From IMG/VR virus record IMGVR_UViG_3300032318_000218, positions 1 through 38,381 of that record: 38,381 bases of DNA. One strand, 5' to 3'. This document shows, one piece after another, positions 1-8,551 of this stretch (position 1 is the first letter of the stretch; the number at the start of each line of letters is the position of its first letter). The notes under the pieces are model-generated. The model was given only the letters and a program-made list of their open reading frames with translations. It was not told the origin of the DNA and did not search any database. The DNA is from a virus (Duplodnaviria; Caudoviricetes). The translations under genes were made by a program, and so were the position numbers.

Positions 1-141
1 AAAGGTGATAGCAGGCGCAGAGAAGAGACGGCTCATAGTTACGTGGCAGTCAAAGCAGATAGGTGCGTTAGCTTCAGCGTGGATAGAGCGCTCAACACCT
101 AGCTCAGTCTTGCACTGGTCACACTTGTAGTCATAGATCAC
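1..141 (-). CDS. FmdB-like zinc-ribbon protein (3' end runs off the window)
   Basis: Not in the ORF track. Read manually from GTG at 141, which overlaps the upstream TGA (GTGA): (M)IYDYKCDQCKTELGVERSIHAEANAPICFDCHVTMSRLFSAPAITF. YxYxCxxC...CxxC...MxRxFS matches the FmdB zinc-ribbon pattern. Confidence 0.8.
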   Translation of the reverse strand, partial: MIYDYKCDQCKTELGVERSIHAEANAPICFDCHVTMSRLFSAPAITF

Positions 142-521
142 AGTTTAATTGCATCCTCTACTAAGAGGTAGCCAACTAACTTCTCAATCTTAGCCCTGTT
201 ACTAAACTCAGAGGTAGCAGGCATCCATCTAGTAGTCCACACTGGCTCTGCTAACTCAGTTAAATCAAAAGAATAAATACCCTGCGGGGTGGAGTTGATG
301 TAGAAGGGAAGCAGATCCAAAGCTGCGCTTTGCTCAATGAGTTTGCGGTATTTCATCTCTTCAATTACTAGATCAGAGTAGTGAGTGTGACGGCATTTAA
401 GTTCTATAAAGTGTCCAGCTTTATCACTGATGCAGTCAAAGGCGTCGTAAGTACCTTCACTCTTGACCAAGTCAGGATACATTTCAGCTTTTAAGTAATC
501 GAATAACTCTTGTTCTCTCAT
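138..521 (-). CDS. PD-(D/E)XK nuclease-like protein
   Basis: 127 aa with FDCIS...FIELKCR motif; ATGA coupling to the upstream gene. Confidence 0.6.
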   Translation of the reverse strand: MREQELFDYLKAEMYPDLVKSEGTYDAFDCISDKAGHFIELKCRHTHYSDLVIEEMKYRKLIEQSAALDLLPFYINSTPQGIYSFDLTELAEPVWTTRWMPATSEFSNRAKIEKLVGYLLVEDAIKL

Positions 522-1150
522 CTAAACGGTGAGTTCCCTCCGAGTTTGTCTATCAAGTGGCGCAGTGCTGTGGTACATCTACGATCAGCAGTAGAGATAG
601 CGCACTCTAATACCTGTGCTATCTGTGCTAACTTAAAGTTCTCGTGGTAGCGCATACGCAAAATGCTTTGATCTTCTACCTCTAGTTTGAGATAACACTT
701 CTTGATGTCGAGCAGAGTAGCAAGTAAGTTGCCACCTTCTGCGGGAGATGATGAGCCACGAGGTTGTCCATCTTTAAGCATCTCTTGTGCTTGTTCTAGG
801 ACTGTACCGTCAATGACTGATGCAATAACAAAAGGTAGAAGCTGAGCGATAGTAGCGCTCTCGTAATAGGCTTCGTCTGCTATCTGATAGCCAGACTTAA
901 TAGCCTTCTCCTTACGTGCGTAGCGCTCTGCAACACGCCTCATCTGCCACGCTATACGTTGCTCATTGTGTTTACGCTGGGCAGTATCAGTCTCAGCTAA
1001 CTGATCGTTAATGTAATCAACGCGAGTGGTAGCCCAAGAGAAACACTCTTGCGTTACATCTTCCAGTTCAACCCAATTATGAAAGCGACGATGAATAGTC
1101 CGAGCAACTGACGGTACTAAGTCATAAAGTATTGGGTTGAGTTCTGTCAT
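518..1150 (-). CDS. Phage sigma-70/ECF-like sigma factor
   Basis: Region-2-like 'VELEDVTQEC' and region-4-like HTH 'LEVEDQSILRMRYHENFKLAQIAQVLECAISTADRR'. Start moved to ATG 1150, which overlaps the upstream TGA (ATGA). Confidence 0.75.
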   Translation of the reverse strand: MTELNPILYDLVPSVARTIHRRFHNWVELEDVTQECFSWATTRVDYINDQLAETDTAQRKHNEQRIAWQMRRVAERYARKEKAIKSGYQIADEAYYESATIAQLLPFVIASVIDGTVLEQAQEMLKDGQPRGSSSPAEGGNLLATLLDIKKCYLKLEVEDQSILRMRYHENFKLAQIAQVLECAISTADRRCTTALRHLIDKLGGNSPFR

Positions 1151-1563
1151 TCTTGGGGCCACGTTTCATCTAGCACCATCATTGCAATAGCAGAGTAGTT
1201 CAATAAGTCAATGAAACTATCACGCAGTGACTCGTTACTAGGGTTAACGCCGCTATCTAACAAGTTGTTGATACGTGCTACCTTGTCCCACATACGTACA
1301 CGCAGACCATTAAGTGGTCCACCTGGACTAAGGCTAATGTTCTTAGGACCGTAGTCGTGGTGTTTCTTAATGAGTAAGTTGCCTGCTGAGTCCAAGATAC
1401 GCCAAACATCTGTAATAAACTTATCATCTATCTTGTTGGTGTTGGTCTGATTAACACCTGTTCGCTCTGGTAATTGTGCTCTAAGATCTGAAAGCCCATA
1501 TGCTGCAAAGTCTGTAACATTGTGATCCACTCGTCCTTTGTCATTCACCAGCATATCCTCCAA
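1147..1563 (-). CDS. Nucleotide modification associated domain 1 (Nmad1/DUF1599-like, all-alpha MazG-like fold)
   Basis: KKHHDYG...LRVRMWDKVARINNL...ESLRDSFIDLLNYS motif set. Exact start uncertain. Confidence 0.75.
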   Translation of the reverse strand: MEDMLVNDKGRVDHNVTDFAAYGLSDLRAQLPERTGVNQTNTNKIDDKFITDVWRILDSAGNLLIKKHHDYGPKNISLSPGGPLNGLRVRMWDKVARINNLLDSGVNPSNESLRDSFIDLLNYSAIAMMVLDETWPQE

Positions 1564-2194
1564 TTAGAATCTTGCGTGTCGCTTCTGCCCCGTTTGCAAG
1601 GTAATAGTCCGTAATGTCCATTCCTGCAGGTAAGGATACAATAGTGCTGTTCATCACCTCACTTGCGACACGCTTAGAAAACTCAGCTCCTGGATTAGAA
1701 CCATCTTCTTTAATGTCGTTATCTCCTACTACAAATACAGTGTCGTAACCGTTAAATAGTTTAGGAAAGTGTGACTTCCAAGCAGCAACGCCAGGAACAC
1801 CTGTTGCTGGTATGCCAAGAACACCTGATGCAATGACTGTATCTAACTCACCTTCACAGATGAGAATGTATGGAGTCTGTAATAAAATATCTGACACGTT
1901 ATACAGGTGTGACTTCTGTCCAGTAGGAGATCCATACTTAGGCTTGCCATCATCTACTCGTCTGAACTTAAAGCCAACGCAGTCACCAGATGCGGTGATG
2001 TATGGGATAGATATCCAACCCTCATACATCTCGTGTCCGTTAACGGGATTAGTAACAGTACCTAACTGAAAGCGTGCAGCTACCGCCTCAGAGATCCCAC
2101 GTTCTTCGAGGGCGACTAGCACCTCTGGACTTATTTCCTGAGCGTATTGGATTGCCGCTTCTAGTAGCAATTTCGACTGCACGTTTGAGGCCAT
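1541..2194 (-). CDS. DNA primase, catalytic TOPRIM portion
   Basis: 'LEERGIS', 'ISIPY...GFKFR', 'KYGSP', 'ICEGELD', 'VGDND' motifs; GGAG RBS upstream of the ATG. Confidence 0.9.
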   Translation of the reverse strand: MASNVQSKLLLEAAIQYAQEISPEVLVALEERGISEAVAARFQLGTVTNPVNGHEMYEGWISIPYITASGDCVGFKFRRVDDGKPKYGSPTGQKSHLYNVSDILLQTPYILICEGELDTVIASGVLGIPATGVPGVAAWKSHFPKLFNGYDTVFVVGDNDIKEDGSNPGAEFSKRVASEVMNSTIVSLPAGMDITDYYLANGAEATRKILIGGYAGE

Positions 2195-2465
2195 CCTTGA
2201 ACTCCATATTCTCTAATATGCACACCAAGTTTACTGCGTTACCACCCTTACCGCAGGTGTGGCAGTAGTACAAATTATCTATTGTATTTATTACTGCTGA
2301 TCTTCTACTGTCGTTGTGCAAACAACAACGCACAGATGATGACCGTCCTTCTCTTACTTCACCACCATAGTTAGCAACGATTGCTGCTATGGAGATTGTG
2401 TTTGCATCAACGGCGCCTTTGAACCTTTGCTTACGAACCACCCTGGACCAACCTTGTGCTGACAT
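2088..2465 (-). CDS. DNA primase zinc-binding domain (CHC2 zinc finger)
   Basis: CCLHNDSRRS...YYCHTCGKGGN motif. Start set at ATG 2465 (MSAQGW), downstream of an AGGAG RBS. Confidence 0.85.
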   Translation of the reverse strand: MSAQGWSRVVRKQRFKGAVDANTISIAAIVANYGGEVREGRSSSVRCCLHNDSRRSAVINTIDNLYYCHTCGKGGNAVNLVCILENMEFKDGLKRAVEIATRSGNPIRSGNKSRGASRPRRTWDL

Positions 2466-2569
2466 CCACAGTCTCCTTCGTACTCGCACTTGTCGTGCCA
2501 GTGAGTGGCACGCTTGAGATGACCTAGTGAGTTCTCTTCCCCACCTTTACGACAATTCTGGCAAATCAT
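2387..2569 (-). CDS. Small Cys/His-rich hypothetical protein
   Basis: MICQNC...HWHDKCEYEGDCGCQH; in operon orientation, overlapping both neighbours. Confidence 0.55.
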   Translation of the reverse strand: MICQNCRKGGEENSLGHLKRATHWHDKCEYEGDCGCQHKVGPGWFVSKGSKAPLMQTQSP

Positions 2570-2687
2570 TTTCTATCCCCAAATCTTTTTTAACTTCTTC
2601 CCAAGGTATCTTTTCTTCTTCTACTTCTGTTTCTACTTCTGTTACATAAATATCTGATGTAGTAATAATTCCTTCAGGTGTTGGCAT
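2547..2687 (-). CDS. Small acidic hypothetical protein (46 aa)
   Basis: Not in the ORF track: MPTPEGIITTSDIYVTEVETEVEEEKIPWEEVKKDLGIENDLPELS. TAATG coupling with the upstream stop and an AGGAG RBS. Confidence 0.65.
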   Translation of the reverse strand: MPTPEGIITTSDIYVTEVETEVEEEKIPWEEVKKDLGIENDLPELS

Positions 2688-3037
2688 TATTGTTTCTCCT
2701 TTAACCATTGTTTAAGATCTTGGATTACCCAAGCGTTTTCTATACCGGAGTTGCGACGCTTAACTATTACATAGTGCAGTGGTACTTCCCCGATACCACG
2801 TGCCTTAGCGTAGTTAAGCGCCTCAACCTCAGCTTCCCTCCAGAACTCAGGCAAGGAAAGGGTTGCCCTGTTCTTGAGTTCTAAGATGTAGGTTTCCCCA
2901 GATATGATAACAACCATATCCCCTTCATCTTTTGCCCCAGCCTTAGTCAAACGCTCTGCCATAGCACCCATACTGCGGAACCATTTCATTACATCTGTCT
3001 CAAACTGAGAACCTTTGCGACCATTTGGATTAGCCAT
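2687..3037 (-). CDS. Holliday junction resolvase (Hjc-type PD-(D/E)XK)
   Basis: 'KGSQFETDV...DEGDM...ILELKN' pattern. Confidence 0.8.
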   Translation of the reverse strand: MANPNGRKGSQFETDVMKWFRSMGAMAERLTKAGAKDEGDMVVIISGETYILELKNRATLSLPEFWREAEVEALNYAKARGIGEVPLHYVIVKRRNSGIENAWVIQDLKQWLKEKQ

Positions 3038-3536
3038 TGGGTAGCGTCTCCATTCTATTCAAAAAGTTTACTGGTACATACCAAGTCTTCTCATTGTAGC
3101 GCCATTCATCACGCTTGCAATCTCTACCATACAGCCATCCTTGAGCTACATACCTAGGACCAGCCCAGTCTGGTGCAGTTCTTCTGATCTTATGAACTAA
3201 ACCATCAGTTACTAATACGTAGATTAGATCTTCTTTATCACGTGTAGTAAATCGCATCCCTCTTACTGGTGGGAATGCGTATCTAACTTCACCAATACCA
3301 GGAATATCTAATTCACTTTTCCACTTGTTGTAGTGAGGGACAAAATCTTTCTTGCCCATCATTCTTGCAAACGCTAACTCACTGCCAGTGGTAACTACGT
3401 GTTGCCACATCTCCCATAGATCACCCTCTGAATAATTTACGTTGCGTGTTGGGTCGCCAAGATAAGGCTTCTGTCTTTGATACCCAACCTCAACCGCAGT
3501 TGCTTCTTCAGTGTTAGTGAGTGCGTAGTCCCACAT
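3030..3536 (-). CDS. Hypothetical protein, possibly restriction-endonuclease-like fold
   Basis: 168 aa, translationally coupled; 'GSELAFA...ELDI...GEVR' is a weak PD-(D/E)XK-like pattern. Confidence 0.55.
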   Translation of the reverse strand: MWDYALTNTEEATAVEVGYQRQKPYLGDPTRNVNYSEGDLWEMWQHVVTTGSELAFARMMGKKDFVPHYNKWKSELDIPGIGEVRYAFPPVRGMRFTTRDKEDLIYVLVTDGLVHKIRRTAPDWAGPRYVAQGWLYGRDCKRDEWRYNEKTWYVPVNFLNRMETLPNG

Positions 3537-3688
3537 TACTTTACCTTGTTAATCTTATAGACCTGCTTACCATCTTCTTCTTTAATCTCAATAAGACCAG
3601 ACTCAAGTAGTGCAAGCAGTAAGTTCTTCATCTCTTCACGCAGTGCGTTGATCTGATTCTTTACATACTGGATTTCAGTACTGCCCAA
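3536..3688 (-). CDS. Small hypothetical protein (50 aa, coiled-coil-like)
   Basis: Not in the ORF track: TTG start, (M)GSTEIQYVKNQINALREEMKNLLLALLESGLIEIKEEDGKQVYKINKVK. Fills the gap exactly, with TAATG coupling to the next gene. Confidence 0.65.
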   Translation of the reverse strand: MGSTEIQYVKNQINALREEMKNLLLALLESGLIEIKEEDGKQVYKINKVK

Positions 3689-4538
3689 TTACAGTCACCG
3701 CCTCTTTAATTCCCTCTTCAAGTGTAATCTTTGGAGTGTAGAATGATAGCAGTTTTGTGTTATCAGATACGCGGTGCATACAACCGACAGGCTTATCAGG
3801 TCGAGTAACAATAGTTTGTTGGTATCCAACTGCATCCATTGACATCTGTGCCAGCTCTAAGAATGAAGTAGATCTTCCCCAACCTAAGTTGGTTGGACCT
3901 TGTACGTTCTGCTCTACTGCAGTCATCACTGCATTAACCACGTCAGTCATATGGATAAAGTCACGAGTCTGTGTACCTGGACCCCAGACTTCAAAGTTTT
4001 GCATCTTATGCAGCGCACGTGTGACATACATTGGGAACGGATAAGTGCTGTCTTGGTCCCACGCATACCCAGAAAACGGTCTAAAAATATGGACATCATA
4101 AACAAATTGGGACAAATACTCACCCATTAGTTTGCCCCAACCGTATGTCATATCAGGTTGATGCACTATGTCCAAGCTGATGTCAGACTCTTTAAGTCTC
4201 CACTCTGGGTTATCTCGCTGCATCGAAATTGGATAGGCTGCACTAGATGAGAAGTAAACTACCTTGTGTGGCTGTGTTTTAAGGCACCACTGAAAGAACT
4301 CAGAGTCAATAGATAAGTTATCTGCAACTGCTAGTGGTCTACCTTCTATCTGCTCACGTCCACCGACAATAGCAGCTAAGTGAATGACCAGATCATACTG
4401 GGTATCTACTACCTTAAAAAATGCACGGCAGTCAACACCTTTCTTAATATCAATACAAGTTAAGTCGTGGTCTTGTAACTTCTGCTTGAAATACTTACCT
4501 ACAAATCCTTCACTACCTGTTATTAGTATCTTCATCAT
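3675..4538 (-). CDS. NAD-dependent nucleotide-sugar epimerase/dehydratase (extended SDR)
   Basis: TGSEGFVG Rossmann motif, HLAA, SSSAAY, YGWGK (YxxxK), GxGTQTRDFIH. Confidence 0.92.
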   Translation of the reverse strand: MMKILITGSEGFVGKYFKQKLQDHDLTCIDIKKGVDCRAFFKVVDTQYDLVIHLAAIVGGREQIEGRPLAVADNLSIDSEFFQWCLKTQPHKVVYFSSSAAYPISMQRDNPEWRLKESDISLDIVHQPDMTYGWGKLMGEYLSQFVYDVHIFRPFSGYAWDQDSTYPFPMYVTRALHKMQNFEVWGPGTQTRDFIHMTDVVNAVMTAVEQNVQGPTNLGWGRSTSFLELAQMSMDAVGYQQTIVTRPDKPVGCMHRVSDNTKLLSFYTPKITLEEGIKEAVTVIGQY

Positions 4539-5256
4539 TACCCCAATCGTAAATGTATTTAATGTGACCTGATAATTCTAATGACATCTCTTGGTCTTGA
4601 CGATAAACAAAGACATCATTCTCATCCAGCGCTGCTCCTATATGGCAGACTGTGTTGACTCTCTTGCGTTTAATAATTGTTTTAATAGATGGTGGCGTAG
4701 GCATATAGTTGTAATACTCATCGTGGATGAAACAGTTACCCGCCACGTGTGGGTATATCTGATGTGCCATAAACTCTTGGTCTTGCATATAGGTATCACG
4801 CAGTGGTGTCTCATCCCATATCTTCTGAAAGAAATGCAAGTCCTTAGTACGACAAGCAAACATACCAGCAGAGATAAGATAACCGTGACCAGTTGGATGA
4901 TCTCTAATAATGTGAAAGCCAAAGCCTGAGTCTAAGAACTCTTGATGTGCTTCTGCTTCACGTAGTGATAGCCTTGCATCACAATCTCTACTGAGAACAA
5001 CATCTACAGTTGGGTCACAGATAGCTTTGAATCTCCACATACGAGCCAGTGAGTTCTCAGGTAAGTCAACATCTACCATTTCTACATTATCAAATAACCA
5101 AAGTGTTGAACGTACCCACGTTGGAACAGATGCTCCTACATAAAAACGCACTGTGAATCCAGGAAAGAATACCTGAGCTAACTGTGCGTTCTTGATGGCA
5201 CCAACCATAAAGCGTAGGTCTTTGCCATACAAAGAATAGGAGATTACTTGTTTCAT
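4513..5256 (-). CDS. Putative glycosyltransferase (GT-A-like, DxD)
   Basis: 'ISYSLYG...WRF...VVLSRDCDARL...FHIIRDHP...AGMF...DQEF'; DxD follows a hydrophobic strand; lies between a GT2 and an epimerase. Confidence 0.6.
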   Translation of the reverse strand: MKQVISYSLYGKDLRFMVGAIKNAQLAQVFFPGFTVRFYVGASVPTWVRSTLWLFDNVEMVDVDLPENSLARMWRFKAICDPTVDVVLSRDCDARLSLREAEAHQEFLDSGFGFHIIRDHPTGHGYLISAGMFACRTKDLHFFQKIWDETPLRDTYMQDQEFMAHQIYPHVAGNCFIHDEYYNYMPTPPSIKTIIKRKRVNTVCHIGAALDENDVFVYRQDQEMSLELSGHIKYIYDWGNDEDTNNR

Positions 5257-5918
5257 AGTAAAGAAGCAGCCACCTTCAGTACATCATCCTTTAATTGATT
5301 GGCGGCATACTCATCAAAAACTATCTTGTCGTGTGTGTATACTTCAGATGAATTGACATCTGTGTAGCCCTCATCTTGCGTAGCCTTACCGTTGAGGTAG
5401 TGCATATGTTCAATGATTGCCTCTGGTATATAGTTCAGCGCATCTAATGCGTGACCAATAGTCATCCAAAAGTTATCCATATACAAGTGAATCAACTTAG
5501 GCGGTGCCATAAAACCCAACGGCTTAATGATATTGGTACTCATCATCACTGCAGTTGCTAACTTCTCACGCTGGAATAAATCATCACCATATGACAGGCC
5601 ATAGCCACGCTCCTTGATAGGAGCATAGAGCTTCTCATCCCAGCCTTCTGTACGTACTACGTGGTCATCTCCCATAAAGTAAATAGTTTTGTAATCATCT
5701 ACATACTTGTTGGCTACTAGGTTAAGTGTGCCATTCATACGCAGGCGTGGGTTTACTTCATAGATCACGTTGTCTATGCGTGGATACAAGTCTGCTTCAT
5801 CATCGTCAATAGCAACGCAGATATCAGATATCTTGCTATGCAACTGCAGTTGCTCAACAGTTCGAGCAATGTTGTCTGGCCTACCCCGCGAAGGGATAAT
5901 TACTAAGTTCGTTACCAT
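5253..5918 (-). CDS. Glycosyltransferase family 2-like
   Basis: 'VIIPSRGRP', 'AIDDD', 'YFMGDDH', 'YMDN', 'IEHMH'. Start set at ATG 5918, downstream of AGGA. Confidence 0.8.
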   Translation of the reverse strand: MVTNLVIIPSRGRPDNIARTVEQLQLHSKISDICVAIDDDEADLYPRIDNVIYEVNPRLRMNGTLNLVANKYVDDYKTIYFMGDDHVVRTEGWDEKLYAPIKERGYGLSYGDDLFQREKLATAVMMSTNIIKPLGFMAPPKLIHLYMDNFWMTIGHALDALNYIPEAIIEHMHYLNGKATQDEGYTDVNSSEVYTHDKIVFDEYAANQLKDDVLKVAASLL

Positions 5919-6783
5919 ATTCATCCTGTTCTTCTGGAATGTAATTAGCGCTAATGATTCCTGCTCTGGCATCTCGTGCCAACATCTGTCCGTATGTATT
6001 CTTATCTGATATCTGACAGGCTCCGTAGTTTACAAAGAGCGTAGCCCAGTCCTTGCCATCTGCTGCGTGTGGACCAAATCGGTTCTTTACAGGTGCAACC
6101 TTGAGTTCACCCTGTGATGGGTCATAACCTAAAGTGATGATCAGACTAGGGAGTTGACTCACTTTCCCGTGAATAGCACGGCGAGCAGGTGGTGTAGTAG
6201 GAGATCCATACTCTGACTGCTCTGATACGTGGTGCAGTACCAGTACGCAGGCTTTTGTCTTGCGTGCCATATCGTGTAGTTCCATCATAATTGCACGTAG
6301 CCCTGCCCACTCATTGTCAGTCTCAGCTGCTACGTTCATTAAGTTATCTATCACAATGAGTTCAGGTGCTACTCCGAACAACTCAACATATGCTCGAATC
6401 TCAAGTTCGATGTCATCCAATGAAGGTGAAGAGTCAAAGACCCACTTAATATGATTGAGTTTGTCGAAGTATTTATTGTAACAATTCTTGTCACTAGACA
6501 AGTTACTCTCAACTAGTAACTGACTGTGACCAGAAGCGTGCGCTGCCGCACGCATCATTACGGTTGTAGTATCGGTATCGGCTGAGAAGAAGAGTGTAGG
6601 TACCTTTGCTTTCATTGCATAGATAAGAGCAAACATACTCTTACCAGCATTTGGTGCAGCAGCGACCATACATACTTGACCACGTCTAAAGTTAATCTGC
6701 TTGTGCTTAAGCGCATCCCATACGTCAGGTAGTGGTGTTGCTTTGGTAAGCACACCACTCCAAGCGCGGGATAGATCAAGCAA
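5881..6783 (-). CDS. DnaB-like replicative helicase (SF4)
   Basis: Walker A AAPNAGKS, Walker B IVIDNL, LVLHH, KNRFG. Confidence 0.9.
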   Translation of the reverse strand: MLDLSRAWSGVLTKATPLPDVWDALKHKQINFRRGQVCMVAAAPNAGKSMFALIYAMKAKVPTLFFSADTDTTTVMMRAAAHASGHSQLLVESNLSSDKNCYNKYFDKLNHIKWVFDSSPSLDDIELEIRAYVELFGVAPELIVIDNLMNVAAETDNEWAGLRAIMMELHDMARKTKACVLVLHHVSEQSEYGSPTTPPARRAIHGKVSQLPSLIITLGYDPSQGELKVAPVKNRFGPHAADGKDWATLFVNYGACQISDKNTYGQMLARDARAGIISANYIPEEQDEYGNELSNYPFAG

Positions 6784-7042
6784 CGTCGCTCTCCTTTAAC
6801 GTGATTCCTCTTTGCCTACGAATCTTTTGACGTTCTCTACTTACTAGACCGCCCCATATGCCGTGAGCTTCATTAACGATTCCCCATTCGGCACACTCAG
6901 ATTGGTGTGGACATCCTCTGCAAATAGATTTTGCAAAGTTAATTTCAATTTGTCCAATGGATCGTAATTCCTTTTCAGGAAACCAGAAATCTCCACCAAC
7001 CTCAGCACACGCGGGAGCTTCAAACTGATGTGGCTCCCGCAT
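6776..7042 (-). CDS. whiB: WhiB-family Fe-S transcription factor
   Basis: Four Cys (C...C-x2-C-x5-C), 'FWFPE', GIWGG turn, basic C-terminus. Confidence 0.95.
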   Translation of the reverse strand: MREPHQFEAPACAEVGGDFWFPEKELRSIGQIEINFAKSICRGCPHQSECAEWGIVNEAHGIWGGLVSRERQKIRRQRGITLKESDVA

Positions 7043-7045
7043 ATG

Positions 7046-7426
7046 TTATTTAATCCAGGATGTATCGCACTTATCTGCTTTTGGTGTGCCTTGAGGTGAT
7101 GAACACATCCACCCACGCCAAGGTCCTCTTTCGCCAACGCCTGTTCTGTAATTCATAGGCCCGTGTTTACAATTTGGTGCTGCTCCTGCAGGCGCAGGTG
7201 CTGCAACTGGTGTTGCATTGAACTGTGCTGCTACAGCAGCCACTGTAGGAGCAGAAGCAGAACCTCCGCTAAGTTCAGCTGAAGTTGATTTAATGAGATT
7301 AGCAACCATTGATAAATCATTGAGTCCAGTCTCCAACTCTTGTATGTTTGTTGCATAAAGGTTAATCAGTGTTCCATCGTTTAACTTATAGTTTACTTGG
7401 AACTTTGTGTCGCTCGGTGCAGCCAT
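7046..7426 (-). CDS. Hypothetical protein with Ala/Pro linker and C-terminal CxHG...C...C zinc finger (recombination/ssDNA-associated?)
   Basis: 'CKHGPMNYRTG...GPWRGWMCSSP...KCDTSW'; adjacent to the Cas4-like nuclease. Confidence 0.6.
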   Translation of the reverse strand: MAAPSDTKFQVNYKLNDGTLINLYATNIQELETGLNDLSMVANLIKSTSAELSGGSASAPTVAAVAAQFNATPVAAPAPAGAAPNCKHGPMNYRTGVGERGPWRGWMCSSPQGTPKADKCDTSWIK

Positions 7427-8382
7427 TACTTTCCTCCGTTTAACTTAATGGATAGGCGCTGTGTTTCAGTACCTACTATCTTAGGAACAAAGCCAAGTAA
7501 CTTCTCGACTTCATTACTATCAACTGTAGTTCTGCCTGCCACAGTTGTCCAACTAATCTCAGCACCACTTAACGTAGTACCGAGTACTCCCTCAAATGAT
7601 GCTTTAAGGGAATCCTTTTTCTTCTCTAGCTCTTTGATTTGAGCGTCGTACTGTAAGTACAACACTGCGTTCTTGTCAACATCAGGATCAGGAATAATTA
7701 TTTCACTGACTTCTGTACGTCCTTTTTTTAGACCAACGCATCCCATCTCACCTGATGAGTCGTAGTACTTGCAATAGAACTTGCAATAGTTCTCATCCTT
7801 CTCAGGAGATGGTGGTTCTTTAGCTTCTCTAACAAGTGCTAACCAACCTAAAGCCTGCAGTGCAATGGCTTCATCGTATGGTTCAGAGTGAACTTTAACA
7901 TCGCGTTCATCACCATCTCTAGCAATAGCAACAAGGTTAACTGTATTGACTTTACCCTTACCAGATTTTTCTAATAGGTAGCCGTAGAGTTGTACCTGCC
8001 AACGCTGTTGCGTTGATGGAAAGTATGACAAGTTACGTACCTTGCTGGTCTTCCAGTCAACGACTGCACCAGTTTCAGGTATAAATAAATCTATGTGTGC
8101 TTTCATATCGCCATACTCAACTTCAGTTTCAACCCAATACTTCTCACCCTTTGGGTCTATTTCAGTAATGGCTTCTTCAATAGCACCGTGAATAGCAGTA
8201 CCCATAATGGCTGCTAACTTTAATTCGTTATCGTTAGTAGCAGGCTGTTCGTTAAGACGGTACCAAACCTTGCGAGCGCAGCCACCAATCTCAGATGGAC
8301 CTACTTGTGTTTGTACTGAACGTGAACGCTTAGCATCCTTATCACGTAGTACACCTAGTAATAATTCTTTAGGATTGGTCAA
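7426..8382 (-). CDS. Cas4-like/RecB-family PD-(D/E)XK exonuclease
   Basis: GPSEIGGCARK, GTAIH, HIDL...VDWKT, QVQLY, C-terminal CKFYCKY...C Fe-S cysteines. Confidence 0.88.
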   Translation of the reverse strand: MTNPKELLLGVLRDKDAKRSRSVQTQVGPSEIGGCARKVWYRLNEQPATNDNELKLAAIMGTAIHGAIEEAITEIDPKGEKYWVETEVEYGDMKAHIDLFIPETGAVVDWKTSKVRNLSYFPSTQQRWQVQLYGYLLEKSGKGKVNTVNLVAIARDGDERDVKVHSEPYDEAIALQALGWLALVREAKEPPSPEKDENYCKFYCKYYDSSGEMGCVGLKKGRTEVSEIIIPDPDVDKNAVLYLQYDAQIKELEKKKDSLKASFEGVLGTTLSGAEISWTTVAGRTTVDSNEVEKLLGFVPKIVGTETQRLSIKLNGGK

Positions 8383-8551
8383 AGTTCATTCCTCTCACTA
8401 AAGCTGCTGCATCTGCACAACCTAACATCACTTCAATTTCTTGAGCAATTCTTTCACGTAGTGCCACTTCATCAAAACTGTTACCAAGGCGACCAGCACG
8501 ATAGCCTGTTTCAAGCGCTTCGTTAAGTGCATAATTTAATGTCTTCTCCAT
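8369..8551 (-). CDS. Hypothetical protein
   Basis: 60 aa; TAATG coupling to the upstream gene. Confidence 0.65.
   Translation of the reverse strand: MEKTLNYALNEALETGYRAGRLGNSFDEVALRERIAQEIEVMLGCADAAALVRGMNFDQS

Noticed and set aside
6844-7137. 97-aa alternative-frame ORF
   Set aside because: Overlaps whiB and its upstream gene in another frame, with no recognisable motifs.
7426-8382. Cas4-like gene as evidence for a CRISPR system
   Set aside because: No repeat-spacer array or other cas genes seen; stand-alone Cas4-like nucleases are common in phage replication modules.
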